This document shows, in pieces, positions 1-9,386 of a stretch of 64,000 bases of DNA. Numbering within the stretch: the first letter of the stretch is position 1; every line of letters starts with the position of its first letter. The notes under the pieces were generated by a model that was not told the origin of the DNA, made no database searches, and saw only the letters and a list, made by a program, of their open reading frames with translations. This DNA comes from Bdellovibrionales bacterium (GTDB lineage Bacteria; Bdellovibrionota; Bdellovibrionia; Bdellovibrionales; UBA1609): assembly GCA_965261545.1 (NCBI GenBank), contig CBDHDF010000010.1, forward strand, positions 544,001 to 608,000. Direction: 5' to 3'. Both the position numbers and the translations under genes were made by a program.

Positions 1-1
1 T

Positions 2-271
2 TTGGAGGGAGACTGTGATTCGCCACGCCTCTTTCACCTCCTCGGTCACTCCCTGCGCTGCTTGGAAACCACTGGAGACCTCAATAAATTGAAATTCTTC
101 TTTGAAGCAAAGCTTATGGAGCAACAAGGGGTTCTCCCCTTCGACACTTCCCTTCGAGAAGTGATCTCCACCTCTATTCTCGACCATGAACAGGTTTCTA
201 GTAGCTCCGAAGATTGGAGGATGGCAAGATCCCTCGTTCGTCATAGTCTACAGGATTATTTAAATATATGA
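2..271 (+). CDS. recO: Probable DNA repair protein RecO, C-terminal part (truncated by window start)
   Basis: Helical C-terminus with FEAKLMEQQG, similar to the RecO 'FElkLL...G' motif; only 89 aa visible. Confidence 0.55.
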   Translation: MEGDCDSPRLFHLLGHSLRCLETTGDLNKLKFFFEAKLMEQQGVLPFDTSLREVISTSILDHEQVSSSSEDWRMARSLVRHSLQDYLNI

Positions 272-280
272 GCTTAGATC

Positions 281-375
281 TTTTAAGATGTTTAGAAATA
301 TTTCAAAATGCTCAGAAGTATTTTAAAATATTGGGAGATATTTTAAAATGTTATTAAAAGAAATGTTATTAAAAG
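281..375. repeat. Degenerate 20-bp tandem repeat (x3.5) followed by a 15-bp duplication spanning the yggS start
   Basis: ttttaagatgtttagaaata/tttcaaaatgctcagaagta/ttttaaaatattgggagata/ttttaaaatg, then aaatgttattaaaag x2 (MLLKEMLLKD). Confidence 0.75.
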
Positions 376-1058
376 ATAGGGTTGCGCAAGTTTTAGAAAA
401 AGTTTTTTTGTCATCTGAAAAATCAGGTCGCAGTGGAAAAGATATTTGCATCTTGGCTGCGTCGAAGAAGCACCCCCCCCCTCTTATTCGAGAAGCCTTT
501 CATTGTGGACTTTGCAATTTTGGTGAAAATTATATTCAAGAATACCATGATAAGGTGAAGGTTTTAGATGACTTAAAAATAATTTGGCATTTTATAGGCC
601 CCTTGCAGAGCAATAAAGTTAAAAGTATTGTAGGAACTTTTGCTATGATTCAGTCTGTGGGACGTCTCAAGATTCTTCATGAAATTCACCGGCAATCCAT
701 GAAAAAAAATCTTGTTCAAAAAATTCTTCTTCAAGTCAATTTCTCAAAAGAAAAAAGTAAATCGGGTTTTTTTGAAGAGGAAATACCTTCTGTTTTAGAG
801 GCAGCCCAAAGTTGTCGTGGCCTTCAGGTATGTGGACTTATGGTGATGCCTCCTCCTGTAAATCATGAAGAGTGCAATCGAGCCATCTTTGCAAGGGCAA
901 AAAGCGAATCTGAATTATGGAAAAAATATCTCAACCATGAACATCACCTAGGGGAATTATCCATGGGGACATCTCAAGATTTTTCTATAGCTATTGAAGA
1001 GGGGGCCACCATGGTGCGCTTGGGCTCTCTTCTCTTGGGTCCTAGAAAAATAAGCTAG
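348..1058 (+). CDS. yggS: YggS/PLPBP family PLP homeostasis protein
   Basis: AASK, FGENYIQE, WHFIGPLQSNK, LSMGTSQDF..AIEEGATMVRLGS motifs. Confidence 0.95.
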   Translation: MLLKEMLLKDRVAQVLEKVFLSSEKSGRSGKDICILAASKKHPPPLIREAFHCGLCNFGENYIQEYHDKVKVLDDLKIIWHFIGPLQSNKVKSIVGTFAMIQSVGRLKILHEIHRQSMKKNLVQKILLQVNFSKEKSKSGFFEEEIPSVLEAAQSCRGLQVCGLMVMPPPVNHEECNRAIFARAKSESELWKKYLNHEHHLGELSMGTSQDFSIAIEEGATMVRLGSLLLGPRKIS

Positions 1059-1288
1059 AAAGGCTTCAGAAAGGTCCTACATTCTCACTCGCTATAGAGT
1101 CGTGGGGCATCCCACTCCCACCGCATCTCTCACAAATGAGATTTAAGAAATATGGACCTTTGTATAGTTCTATACTTTTTTATTATCAACAAAGTAAAGA
1201 CAATATATAATATTTATTGATGAATAATATTAAATTTATATTTATCAACCTATTTTAAAAAAAACCTATTTAAAAAAAGGGGGGGGAC

Positions 1289-1651
1289 ATGAAGTCCTTT
1301 GTTCATTTTACTATTGTCGCTGCCATTTGTGGCTTGATATCAACCATAGCCTTGGGACATAACAACTCCGATACTTGGGGATATATGCGTGTCGATAATG
1401 ATGGAGCCTATGTCATTGCAACAAGGTGTTACGACATCTACGGCAACGATGTCAATTCATGGCAACGCACTCCCATTGGCGGATTTAGAAGTTGCCACGG
1501 CGCATACATAAGAGTGGATTTTCTCTTTCTCGATGCCCATAAAACGCAACGCTTCTGGCGAAGTGACTATGATTGTGGCAACAAAGGTCTCTATGTGACA
1601 CTCAAAGGAACCATTGATTTCTTTACTAAAGTAGAAGTTCGCTGTGAGTAA
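1289..1651 (+). CDS. Small secreted 4-Cys hypothetical protein (paralog of 36674-37066)
   Basis: Signal peptide, purine-rich RBS, AT-rich upstream region; shares WGY.R.DN, CYD.YG, FRSCHGAY.R.DF and CG.KGLY with the paralog. Confidence 0.8.
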   Translation: MKSFVHFTIVAAICGLISTIALGHNNSDTWGYMRVDNDGAYVIATRCYDIYGNDVNSWQRTPIGGFRSCHGAYIRVDFLFLDAHKTQRFWRSDYDCGNKGLYVTLKGTIDFFTKVEVRCE

Positions 1652-1822
1652 AGATGAGGCATCACCATATGCGATGGTTGTAGGATCCTTTTGACACAGA
1701 GATTAAAAAAAAGTTACCATGAATCTGGTTAGGGTTCTACAGTAGGATCCTAAAATAGTTGTAAGTAAAATAGAGAATTTTACAAAATTAACACATTAGT
1801 CTTGATTAATGAAGATTCATGG

Positions 1823-1878
1823 GCTAGTAGGTCTCTTTAGCTAGTAGGTCTCTTTAGCCAATAGGCATCATGGGCTAG
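1823..1878. repeat. 17-bp tandem repeat (2 perfect copies + 1 degenerate)
   Basis: GCTAGTAGGTCTCTTTA x2, then gccaataggcatcatgg, gctag. Confidence 0.85.
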
Positions 1879-1986
1879 AGATCCACAAATCAAATGCGCT
1901 TATCTTATAGATCTCCCGCAAAGATGACTTATAAGGTGACGTTGCGATCAGTAAGCCCAAAAAAGCCTCAAGAAGGGAGTTGTTAA

Positions 1987-3186
1987 GTGAAGCTACTGCT
2001 ATCCACTTTATCCACAAAACCAGCTGTCGCCGTGTTTGCTGTCGCTATTTTTGTCACTTTCATTCCAAAAGCAAATTCCAAGAATGTGAAGAGTTTTCAA
2101 GGGGGCGAAGAGGTGACCCAGGGGGAGGAAGCCGAAGTTAGGTGGAAATCCTACTACTATGAAGTTCAACGAGGTGAAACACTTTATTCGCTACTGCAGC
2201 AGTCTGGCTTCTCTGATCGTGAGATAAGTGATTTTATAAAAGAGTCTGGTCTTTCAGAAAACTTTTTTCTTGAAATAGGACAAACTTATTTGGAGAAAAG
2301 GAGGCCGGGGCATACGGAGTTACTTCTCTTTCAAAACGAGAGCAACCAAGCCCATGTTTTTACCAAGAAAGTGGGAGAGAAGTCTCGGAGTGTTTCCACA
2401 TACCATATTCAAAAGCAGCCCTTGAGAACTGAAGTCCATGAAGCGAAAGGACAAATGGTGGGCTCTATCTTGGGAAGCCTACAAAAGGTGGTTCCCGATA
2501 GGTTTATTGGCCTCCGCTTTCTAGATGCATTTGTTTTAGATTTTCATCTTGTGAGTGAGGTTCAGCGAGGCGCTCGATTTATAATCCGTTATGAGAAGAA
2601 AATGCTGGGGCCGAATATAATTCGCTATGGAGAACTCCTTTATGCAGAGTTGGAGATATCAGGCCACACCTACAAGCGTTACTTTATCCCTCTCGCACGC
2701 GGAGGGGTTTTTGTGGGAGAGAACCTCCATGACCAGCGTCCTTTATTTGCGCCCGTTGACTATATTCATATTTCTAGCCTTTTTCAAAAAAATCGTTATC
2801 ACCCTATTTATAAAAGGGTGATGCCCCATCGAGGAGTGGATTTTGTGGCAGCCACGGGAACTCCGGTTTATTCTGTGGCTTCAGGTGTTGTGGAAAAAAG
2901 GGGATACAGTCGTTCGGCGGGTTATTATGTGTCTGTCAAGCACGAAGGGGGATTGTCTAGTCATTACAATCACCTTCATAGAATTTCAGAAAATATCTCC
3001 TTAGGAGAATTTCTCCCTGCGGGAGTTCAACTTGGAAAAGTGGGGTGTACAGGTCTATGCACAAAGGCTCACTTGCACTTTGCTGTCAAAAGGGGTGGAG
3101 AATTTATCAACCCCATAGGCCTATTGAAAAATCACTCTTTTTTCCAAAAAAACCATTTGGAAAGAGAATTTGCCAAACTTCACTAA
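1987..3186 (+). CDS. M23 family metallopeptidase (MepM/NlpD-like, LysM-like N-terminus)
   Basis: HRGVD and HLH zinc motifs; YEVQRGETL LysM-like segment; signal peptide. Confidence 0.92.
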   Translation: MKLLLSTLSTKPAVAVFAVAIFVTFIPKANSKNVKSFQGGEEVTQGEEAEVRWKSYYYEVQRGETLYSLLQQSGFSDREISDFIKESGLSENFFLEIGQTYLEKRRPGHTELLLFQNESNQAHVFTKKVGEKSRSVSTYHIQKQPLRTEVHEAKGQMVGSILGSLQKVVPDRFIGLRFLDAFVLDFHLVSEVQRGARFIIRYEKKMLGPNIIRYGELLYAELEISGHTYKRYFIPLARGGVFVGENLHDQRPLFAPVDYIHISSLFQKNRYHPIYKRVMPHRGVDFVAATGTPVYSVASGVVEKRGYSRSAGYYVSVKHEGGLSSHYNHLHRISENISLGEFLPAGVQLGKVGCTGLCTKAHLHFAVKRGGEFINPIGLLKNHSFFQKNHLEREFAKLH

Positions 3187-3325
3187 AGATATCACCAAAT
3201 CTCACTAGAAATATAAATATTCACCATAAAGCCTATCTTGAGGTATTCTATAGACTTGAGGCATTCTTATAGATAATTCGTAGATAGAGAGTTTACCCAC
3301 AGTTCAAAAGCAGCTATAAGGGGTC

Positions 3326-4639
3326 ATGGATGTAAGAGACCCCATTCACGGATCGATTGCCCTCAGTTCTGCCGAATTAAAAATCATTGATAGTGTGGCC
3401 TATCAAAGGCTTAGGGCGATTAAACAACTGGGCTTTGCAGAGCTTAGCTTTCCAGGGGCCACCCACAACCGCTTTCTTCATTCCATAGGGGTTTGCCATC
3501 TTGCGGGGAGAATCTTTGACAGTGCTCTTCACAACTTTAAGTTTGGTTCTTCTGAAAGCACAACACGCTTGAGGCAATGCCTTAAACTGGCGGCCCTTCT
3601 TCACGATATTGGCCATGGACCTCTCAGTCATACCACGGAAGAGGTCATGCCCCCTGTGAAAGAACTCAATATTCCTGCATACAAAAATCGCCGCTCCGAC
3701 ATTGAGATTGAGCCCATGGATAACTCTCGTCAAGCCAACCATGAAGATTACACCATTAAATTTATCACTGATTCCTCCTTGTCTGTCATCATCCGACGTG
3801 AATTCCCCCAAATGGATCCCATTCATGTTGCCTGCCTTGTGGATAAATCCCTTCTTTGCCCCGATGATTTTTTCAAAGAGGGAGGCTTTGATCTTCGCCC
3901 CATTCTAAGCCAAATTATCAGTTCTGAAATGGACGTGGATCGCATGGACTACCTTGAAAGAGATGCTTATTTCTGTGGAACCAGTTATGGAAAAGTTGAA
4001 CTCGACTGGTTGCTTGCCAACACAACCCATCACCTTGTGGACGACCAGGTGTATTTGTCCTTACAAAGGAGGGCCCTTTACACTTTTGATGATTTCTTGC
4101 TCGCCCGCCATCACATGCACCTCATGGTTTATTTTCACCATAAAAGTATTATCTACGAAGAGCTTCTTTATAGATACTTAACTTCCAAGGATTGTCACTA
4201 TAAAATTCCCAGTCAGATTGAAGAGTACATTCATTGCACAGATTATGGTTTTTACCAACACCTCACCCAAGTCGACAATTTATGGGCAAGACGCATTGCC
4301 GATCAGATTCCCTATCAGAGACTGTTTGAGTGGCATTTCGTAGAGACTTCTTCACCTCGCACCAAGAAGATGAAAGAAATTCTTGCCAGTGAGGGTATTG
4401 ACACCATTGCTTCGAATTCAAAGGCTCGGCTTAGTAAGTGCCACTCCTCTCACCCCATTGAAAAATCCTTTCCCATTTATGTTGTGGACCCTTACGATAT
4501 TGGAGGTCAACCCCACAGCATTCAAGAAAGCACAGAAATTTTTAGTAAGTATGAAGAAATTCGTAGCATTGATCGCCTTTATGTGGCCCCTGAAAATTTG
4601 GAAAAATCCAAACAAATTCTTGTGGATCGAGGACTTTAA
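3326..4639 (+). CDS. HD-domain phosphohydrolase (YdhJ/SAMHD1-like)
   Basis: RDPIHG, QRLR.IKQLG, H.RF.HSIG, LLHDIGHGPLSH, DVDRMDYL.RD. Confidence 0.92.
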   Translation: MDVRDPIHGSIALSSAELKIIDSVAYQRLRAIKQLGFAELSFPGATHNRFLHSIGVCHLAGRIFDSALHNFKFGSSESTTRLRQCLKLAALLHDIGHGPLSHTTEEVMPPVKELNIPAYKNRRSDIEIEPMDNSRQANHEDYTIKFITDSSLSVIIRREFPQMDPIHVACLVDKSLLCPDDFFKEGGFDLRPILSQIISSEMDVDRMDYLERDAYFCGTSYGKVELDWLLANTTHHLVDDQVYLSLQRRALYTFDDFLLARHHMHLMVYFHHKSIIYEELLYRYLTSKDCHYKIPSQIEEYIHCTDYGFYQHLTQVDNLWARRIADQIPYQRLFEWHFVETSSPRTKKMKEILASEGIDTIASNSKARLSKCHSSHPIEKSFPIYVVDPYDIGGQPHSIQESTEIFSKYEEIRSIDRLYVAPENLEKSKQILVDRGL

Positions 4640-4691
4640 GAGCATCGAAGACTTTAAGAGCATAGAGAACTTTAAAAGTATAGAACACTTT
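4626..4691. repeat. 18-bp tandem repeat x~3.7 spanning the HD-gene stop codon
   Basis: ATCGAGGACTTTAAGAGC/ATCGAAGACTTTAAGAGC/ATAGAGAACTTTAAAAGT/ATAGAACACTTT. Confidence 0.9.
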
Positions 4692-4708
4692 CATGGAGGT
4701 CTGATATT

Positions 4709-5272
4709 ATGATTCAGGTATTGTTTGTATGTTTGGGAAATATTTGTCGCTCTCCAGCCGCAGAGGGAGTCATGAAAAAAATGATTGAAGACCGGGGATT
4801 TCAAAACAAAATATCTTGTGATTCGGCGGGAACTTCGGGCTTTCACCATGGACATCATGCAGACTCCCGTATGCATGAAACCGCATCCCAAAGGGGTTAT
4901 CAACTCACCAGCCGTTCAAGGAAGTTCACTGTCGATGATTTTCAACGCTTTGACTATATTCTGACTATGGATAACCAAAACTACAAAGATGTCATGAAAG
5001 GTGTCACAAAGGATGTTATGAAAAATATCACGAAGGATATCATGGATGATTCCCCGATGAAAAAAGTCCTTGGGAAAAAGGAGCATGGAGAAAAAGACCA
5101 AACTCTTGAGGATAAGGTTTACAAATTTGTGGATTTTTGCCAGGCCCACAATATATCTGAAGTGCCTGATCCCTACTACAAGGAGGACGAAGGCTTTCAG
5201 TTTGTCATGGACCTTCTTGAAGATGGTTGTAAAAATCTTTTGGATAAGATCGTCAAGGAAAATCAATGGTGA
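4709..5272 (+). CDS. Low-molecular-weight protein-tyrosine phosphatase
   Basis: CLGNICRS P-loop, DSAGT, VPDPYY; contains a repeat-derived insertion KDVMKGVTKDVMKNITKDIM. Confidence 0.95.
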   Translation: MIQVLFVCLGNICRSPAAEGVMKKMIEDRGFQNKISCDSAGTSGFHHGHHADSRMHETASQRGYQLTSRSRKFTVDDFQRFDYILTMDNQNYKDVMKGVTKDVMKNITKDIMDDSPMKKVLGKKEHGEKDQTLEDKVYKFVDFCQAHNISEVPDPYYKEDEGFQFVMDLLEDGCKNLLDKIVKENQW

Positions 5273-6288
5273 GCACCCAAACCTTTCAAAGCTTTAGAGT
5301 TCATGAAGCTAAAAAGGCAGGTCACCTTCAAGATATTTACCTCCATGACCTTACACAGGGAGATACGGTGATAAGGTCCTATTTTTCCAGTCTCAACTAT
5401 AAAGATGCCCTCGCTGTTACAGGTAAGGGCAAGATTCTCAAGCGTTTTCCACTCAATCCTGGTATTGATGTTGTGGGGGAAGTTATACAATCCTCAGACC
5501 CTCAACTTCATTCAGGCACCTTTGTCGTTATTACGGGCTGTCAACTGGGTGAGTCCTATGATGGTGGCCTTTCGGAAATTGTTCGTGTTCCCTCTTCCAT
5601 TGCCATCCCCCTTCCCCAAGGTCTTTCACCTAGAAATGCTATGATCTATGGAACAGCTGGTTTTACAGCAGCTCTTGCTATTTTAAGAATGGAAATCAAC
5701 GGACAAAAACCAAGTGATGGTCCCATTTTAATCACAGGTTCTAGTGGAGGAGTCGGTTCTTTTGCTGTGGCCTTCCTTCACCAAAGAGGATATGAAGTTC
5801 ATGCTCTGAGTGGCAAACCATCACAGCACCAAAGGCTTAAAGATTTAGGGGCCAACCAAGTGATGCTTCCTGAAGACCTTCATTTGGGTCATCGTCCCCT
5901 TGAAAAAGGTCTATGGGCGGGAGTCGTGGATAGCGTGGGCGGCGAATTGCTGTCCAAACTGATTCCACATATCAAGTTATGGGGTCAAGTGGCCTCTATT
6001 GGTTTGGCTGGAGGAGCTTCTTTTTCTGGAACAGTGATGCCACATATTTTAAGGGGCGTTTCCATTCTTGGTATAAGTTCCAATAATTGTCCTTGGGACA
6101 TGCGATTAAAAATTTGGAATGATTTGGCCTCTTTTGGGAAAGTGAAAAATTTGGATTCTTTTGTCAGCCAAAATATTCATCTAGAGGGAGTGCTCCGAGC
6201 TTGTGAGCAGATGCTCCATCGCAAAACCTTTGGTCGAATTCTCGTTGAGATACCGAGACCCACTTCGGGTTTTTCACTACGATTATAA
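5266..6288 (+). CDS. acuI: YhdH/AcuI family NADPH oxidoreductase (acryloyl-CoA reductase-like)
   Basis: SSLNYKDALA, GTAGFTAAL, ITGSSGGVGS, PHILRGVSILGI. Confidence 0.85.
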   Translation: MVSTQTFQSFRVHEAKKAGHLQDIYLHDLTQGDTVIRSYFSSLNYKDALAVTGKGKILKRFPLNPGIDVVGEVIQSSDPQLHSGTFVVITGCQLGESYDGGLSEIVRVPSSIAIPLPQGLSPRNAMIYGTAGFTAALAILRMEINGQKPSDGPILITGSSGGVGSFAVAFLHQRGYEVHALSGKPSQHQRLKDLGANQVMLPEDLHLGHRPLEKGLWAGVVDSVGGELLSKLIPHIKLWGQVASIGLAGGASFSGTVMPHILRGVSILGISSNNCPWDMRLKIWNDLASFGKVKNLDSFVSQNIHLEGVLRACEQMLHRKTFGRILVEIPRPTSGFSLRL

Positions 6289-6307
6289 AAAAACATAAAA
6301 AAAATAA

Positions 6308-6384
6308 TGGTAGCGAGGGAGGGACTTGAACCCCCGGCCACCGGATTATGATTCCGATGCTCTAACCAACTGAGCTACCTCGCC
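6308..6384 (-). tRNA. tRNA-Met(CAT), elongator type
   Basis: Reverse complement GGCGAGGTAGCTCAGTTGGTTAGAGCATCGGAATCATAATCCGGTGGCCGGGGGTTCAAGTCCCTCCCTCGCTACCA: cloverleaf, CAT anticodon, G2-C71/C3-G70, encoded CCA. Confidence 0.93.
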
Positions 6385-6622
6385 ATGAGGGCTGAATAAG
6401 ATTCGCCAGTAGACGATCTAACCCCACAGATAAATTTAATGAGACTCCCAGTGAGGGATAATGAGGTTGGATAGTAACAATGTGGCAGCATCGAGTCAAA
6501 CAGCGTCAGAAACTTTATACACTCTATGCGTTATTCAACCCCCTATGAACGAACTCAATCACTTAAATAAACCCCTCACATGGCTCCAACCGCTGCCTCA
6601 ATCACCAGTGGGCACTTTCCAG

Positions 6623-7936
6623 TCACGGATTGAAGGAGTCCAGAGAGAAGTTCTTTAAGAAGGAATCTTCCAGTAAACGCCCTATCACAGCCCAAACCTG
6701 GGTGAGTTCCTCTGGAGTTATACAATAGGGTGGTAATACATAGAGGATGTTTCCAAGGGGTCTTAGAAAAACTCCCTCTTCCATGGCTCTTTGGGTAATG
6801 ATTTGAGAGAAAGGGGACTCATACCCCCTCTGGTCTGAGGCAAGTTCGATGGCGGCCACAGTGCCACACACTCTTGTATCCACAACACAGGGGTGACTTC
6901 TATAAGGAGCTATATTTTTCATATGAATATGGTGAATTTGTTCCCATTTTGATTTTAAGACGTGATCTTTCATAAGTTGAGTGCTCGCTGTCGCTGCGGC
7001 ACAAGCTATTGGATTGGCCGTAAAACTGTGACCATGAAAAAGCATTTTACTTTTTTCTTCATCGAGAAAACATTGATAAACTTCAGGTGTGGCTATGGTC
7101 AAAGACAGAGGGAGAAAACCGCCCGTAAGACCCTTTGACAGACAAATTATATCTGGCTTTTCGTCAATATGATCCATGGCAAAATTTCGCCCTGTTCTTC
7201 CAAAGCCTGTCATGACTTCATCAAAAATAACATAAGCTCCATGTTTACGTGCCACTTGCACGACTTCGCTCAAAGCCTGAGGGGGCCACATAATCATTCC
7301 ACCGGCACCCTGGATAAGTGGCTCCACAATAAGAGCCGCCACACGACTGCCATGCTCTTCCATTTGATTCTTAAGGTCATCCACATAGGAAGTCCATGGG
7401 GCTGTACTCTTTGTGCCTTGTTCAACATGAATGACATCAAAGAGCATTTCCTTGTAGGGCTGGGTGAAAAGACTCGGTCCGCCCACACTCATAGCGCCAG
7501 CTGTATCGCCATGATAAGCCTGCTTAAAGGCGACAAAACGATTTCTCGTAGCTTCCCCCTTTTGTTGACAAGCCTGGAGAGCCATTTTTAAAGAAACTTC
7601 CACGGCTGTGGAGCCGTTATCTGAGAAAAAGAAATGTTTGAGGGAAGAGGGAAGGAGTTCTTGCAAAGATTCTATGAGTTGCTCAGCTGGTTCATGAGAA
7701 AAATTTCCAAACAAAACCTGATCCACTTGTTCAAGTTGTCTTTGAACTGCTTGAACCACTTGGGGGTGGCAGTGGCCATGGGTAATTACCCACCAAGACG
7801 AAATGGCGTCAATAAGTTCTTGCCCATTTTCCAAAAACAACTTGGCTCCACGGGAACCCACAACCCTAGGGGGAGGGGCCGCTAACTTCATTTGCGTAAA
7901 AGGACGCCAGAGAGAAGAGTTCATATCATGACTCAT
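6623..7936 (-). CDS. bioA: Adenosylmethionine-8-amino-7-oxononanoate transaminase
   Basis: LWRPFTQM, DAISSWW, DNGSTAVEV, YHGDT, FDEVMTGFGRTG, LSKGLTGG, LRPLGN. Confidence 0.97.
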   Translation of the reverse strand: MSHDMNSSLWRPFTQMKLAAPPPRVVGSRGAKLFLENGQELIDAISSWWVITHGHCHPQVVQAVQRQLEQVDQVLFGNFSHEPAEQLIESLQELLPSSLKHFFFSDNGSTAVEVSLKMALQACQQKGEATRNRFVAFKQAYHGDTAGAMSVGGPSLFTQPYKEMLFDVIHVEQGTKSTAPWTSYVDDLKNQMEEHGSRVAALIVEPLIQGAGGMIMWPPQALSEVVQVARKHGAYVIFDEVMTGFGRTGRNFAMDHIDEKPDIICLSKGLTGGFLPLSLTIATPEVYQCFLDEEKSKMLFHGHSFTANPIACAAATASTQLMKDHVLKSKWEQIHHIHMKNIAPYRSHPCVVDTRVCGTVAAIELASDQRGYESPFSQIITQRAMEEGVFLRPLGNILYVLPPYCITPEELTQVWAVIGRLLEDSFLKNFSLDSFNP

Positions 7937-8675
7937 AGGGGCCTCGCTTACTTATAAGGGCGTGTTTATTCAAGAGAGGACTCGCAAATTTTTGATCTTG
8001 AGGGGGTGGCGTAGCCTCTTGGTGAAAAACGGCCTTTTGGGGTATGACCTGTGGAGGCATGGCCTTTTGGGGGACTGCCTCCATCCAAGAATCGAGCAAA
8101 CATTTAAAAGCAGCTTCTTCTTTGTTTGCAAATATTTTTTGTCTCTGAGGGGCTTTTTCTGGATCCAATTCATAAATGAGAAAGCGCATTGTTTCTAGGT
8201 GAGAATTTTCTTCGTTGAGAATCCCTTGCAATTTGAAAGTTCGCTCCTTGTATAATTTAAACGGCCTGATGATCTGAAGATAGAGTGTATAAACAAAAAT
8301 GGCTCTCTCTTCGATAAGCCATGTTACATAGAGATAATTGAGCCGAGTGTTCGTCACTTGTAACTCATGGGTCACCATGTGATCGAGAGATTGGAAATAA
8401 TCCTTAGAAGACTTTCCCGCAAGCAGTGCATCTTCACTGTAATTGGGGCAAGCTCCTGGCAGAGTTTTTTCTGAAAGCTTCTTAAAAAAATAAGCATGGC
8501 GAGTTTCTTCAGCAATATGCTCCATCATCATAAGGTCTAAGCTATGGGCCTCTTGACTCTTGATAATTTTGCGTGCTCCGATGTATTCTAGAAGTGAAAG
8601 GGTATTGAGCCATTTTGCATGGTGCAAAGGTTCGTGGGCAAGGGTATTTAAAAAATTGATAATTGTTTGGTGCAT
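7926..8675 (-). CDS. bioE: Ferritin-like di-iron protein inside the biotin operon (BioE-like pimeloyl-generating oxygenase candidate)
   Basis: Helical protein with E...ExxH (LLEY...EETRH) and E...ExxH (IEER...EENSH) di-iron motifs; sits between bioD and bioA and overlaps the bioA start. Confidence 0.6.
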   Translation of the reverse strand: MHQTIINFLNTLAHEPLHHAKWLNTLSLLEYIGARKIIKSQEAHSLDLMMMEHIAEETRHAYFFKKLSEKTLPGACPNYSEDALLAGKSSKDYFQSLDHMVTHELQVTNTRLNYLYVTWLIEERAIFVYTLYLQIIRPFKLYKERTFKLQGILNEENSHLETMRFLIYELDPEKAPQRQKIFANKEEAAFKCLLDSWMEAVPQKAMPPQVIPQKAVFHQEATPPPQDQKFASPLLNKHALISKRGPYES

Positions 8676-8759
8676 ATGTTTTTCACCTCTGCATATGTTT
8701 TTTTACTGCTGTTTCTCGGTAAATCCTAATTCTCGACAAGTCCTTATTTTCGACAAGTC

Positions 8760-9365
8760 CTAGGCCCAAAAAAAACCGTATCCAAGCTTGAGATCTAAAT
8801 ATTCAAAATTCTCTAGATTTTCAAGCCAAGGAAACTCAAAAACTGGTATCTTTGATAAACGCTCTATGGTTTGGCGGTTGGACTCATTGGGGGGGCCCAC
8901 CATCACCACAGAGTGAATATTCAGGTTTCGTTTTTTAAGAGCCTCAATACTGAGCAGGCTATGATTTAAGGTGCCAAGAGAGCTTTTTGCAACAAGAATG
9001 ACGGGTAAGCCTAGGTGCGACATTAAATCCATCATATTGTGCTCCCATGTTATGGGCACGTAAACACCTCCTGCACCCTCCACAATAAGGGGCTGAGGTC
9101 CCAAAGGCATCTTGCAATGGGTGGTGGTGATATCCAAGTCAATACCTTCTAGCTCAGAAGCTCTATGGGGGGAGAGGGGGTGCTTTAATTTATAAGCACT
9201 CGGGTGAACTTTGGTGCTTCCCACAAGGTCCCTCACAGTTTCTTCATCGGATGGCTCTCCGCACTGAATGGGCTTCCAATATTTACCACCACCACACTTT
9301 GTGAGGTAGGCTGAAAAAATTGTTTTGCCAATATCTGTGTCTGTTCCCGTAACAAAATAGCTCAT
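8760..9365 (-). CDS. bioD: Dethiobiotin synthase
   Basis: YFVTGTDTDIGKT, WKPIQCG, PLSPH, VEGAGG, LGTLNH. Confidence 0.97.
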   Translation of the reverse strand: MSYFVTGTDTDIGKTIFSAYLTKCGGGKYWKPIQCGEPSDEETVRDLVGSTKVHPSAYKLKHPLSPHRASELEGIDLDITTTHCKMPLGPQPLIVEGAGGVYVPITWEHNMMDLMSHLGLPVILVAKSSLGTLNHSLLSIEALKKRNLNIHSVVMVGPPNESNRQTIERLSKIPVFEFPWLENLENFEYLDLKLGYGFFWA

Positions 9366-9386
9366 AAATTTTCCTCTATGCCTCTT

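Noticed and set aside
3326..4639. Anti-phage dNTPase
   Set aside because: Typical housekeeping YdhJ-like HD protein in an operon with PTP and acuI; no defence context.
4626..4691. Tandem repeats (also 1823-78, 23811-74, 52909-53062) as CRISPR arrays
   Set aside because: Units are adjacent with no unique spacers, are degenerate, and no cas genes are in the window.
6308..6384. tRNA-anchored genomic island
   Set aside because: No integrase and no duplicated tRNA 3' end seen in the window.
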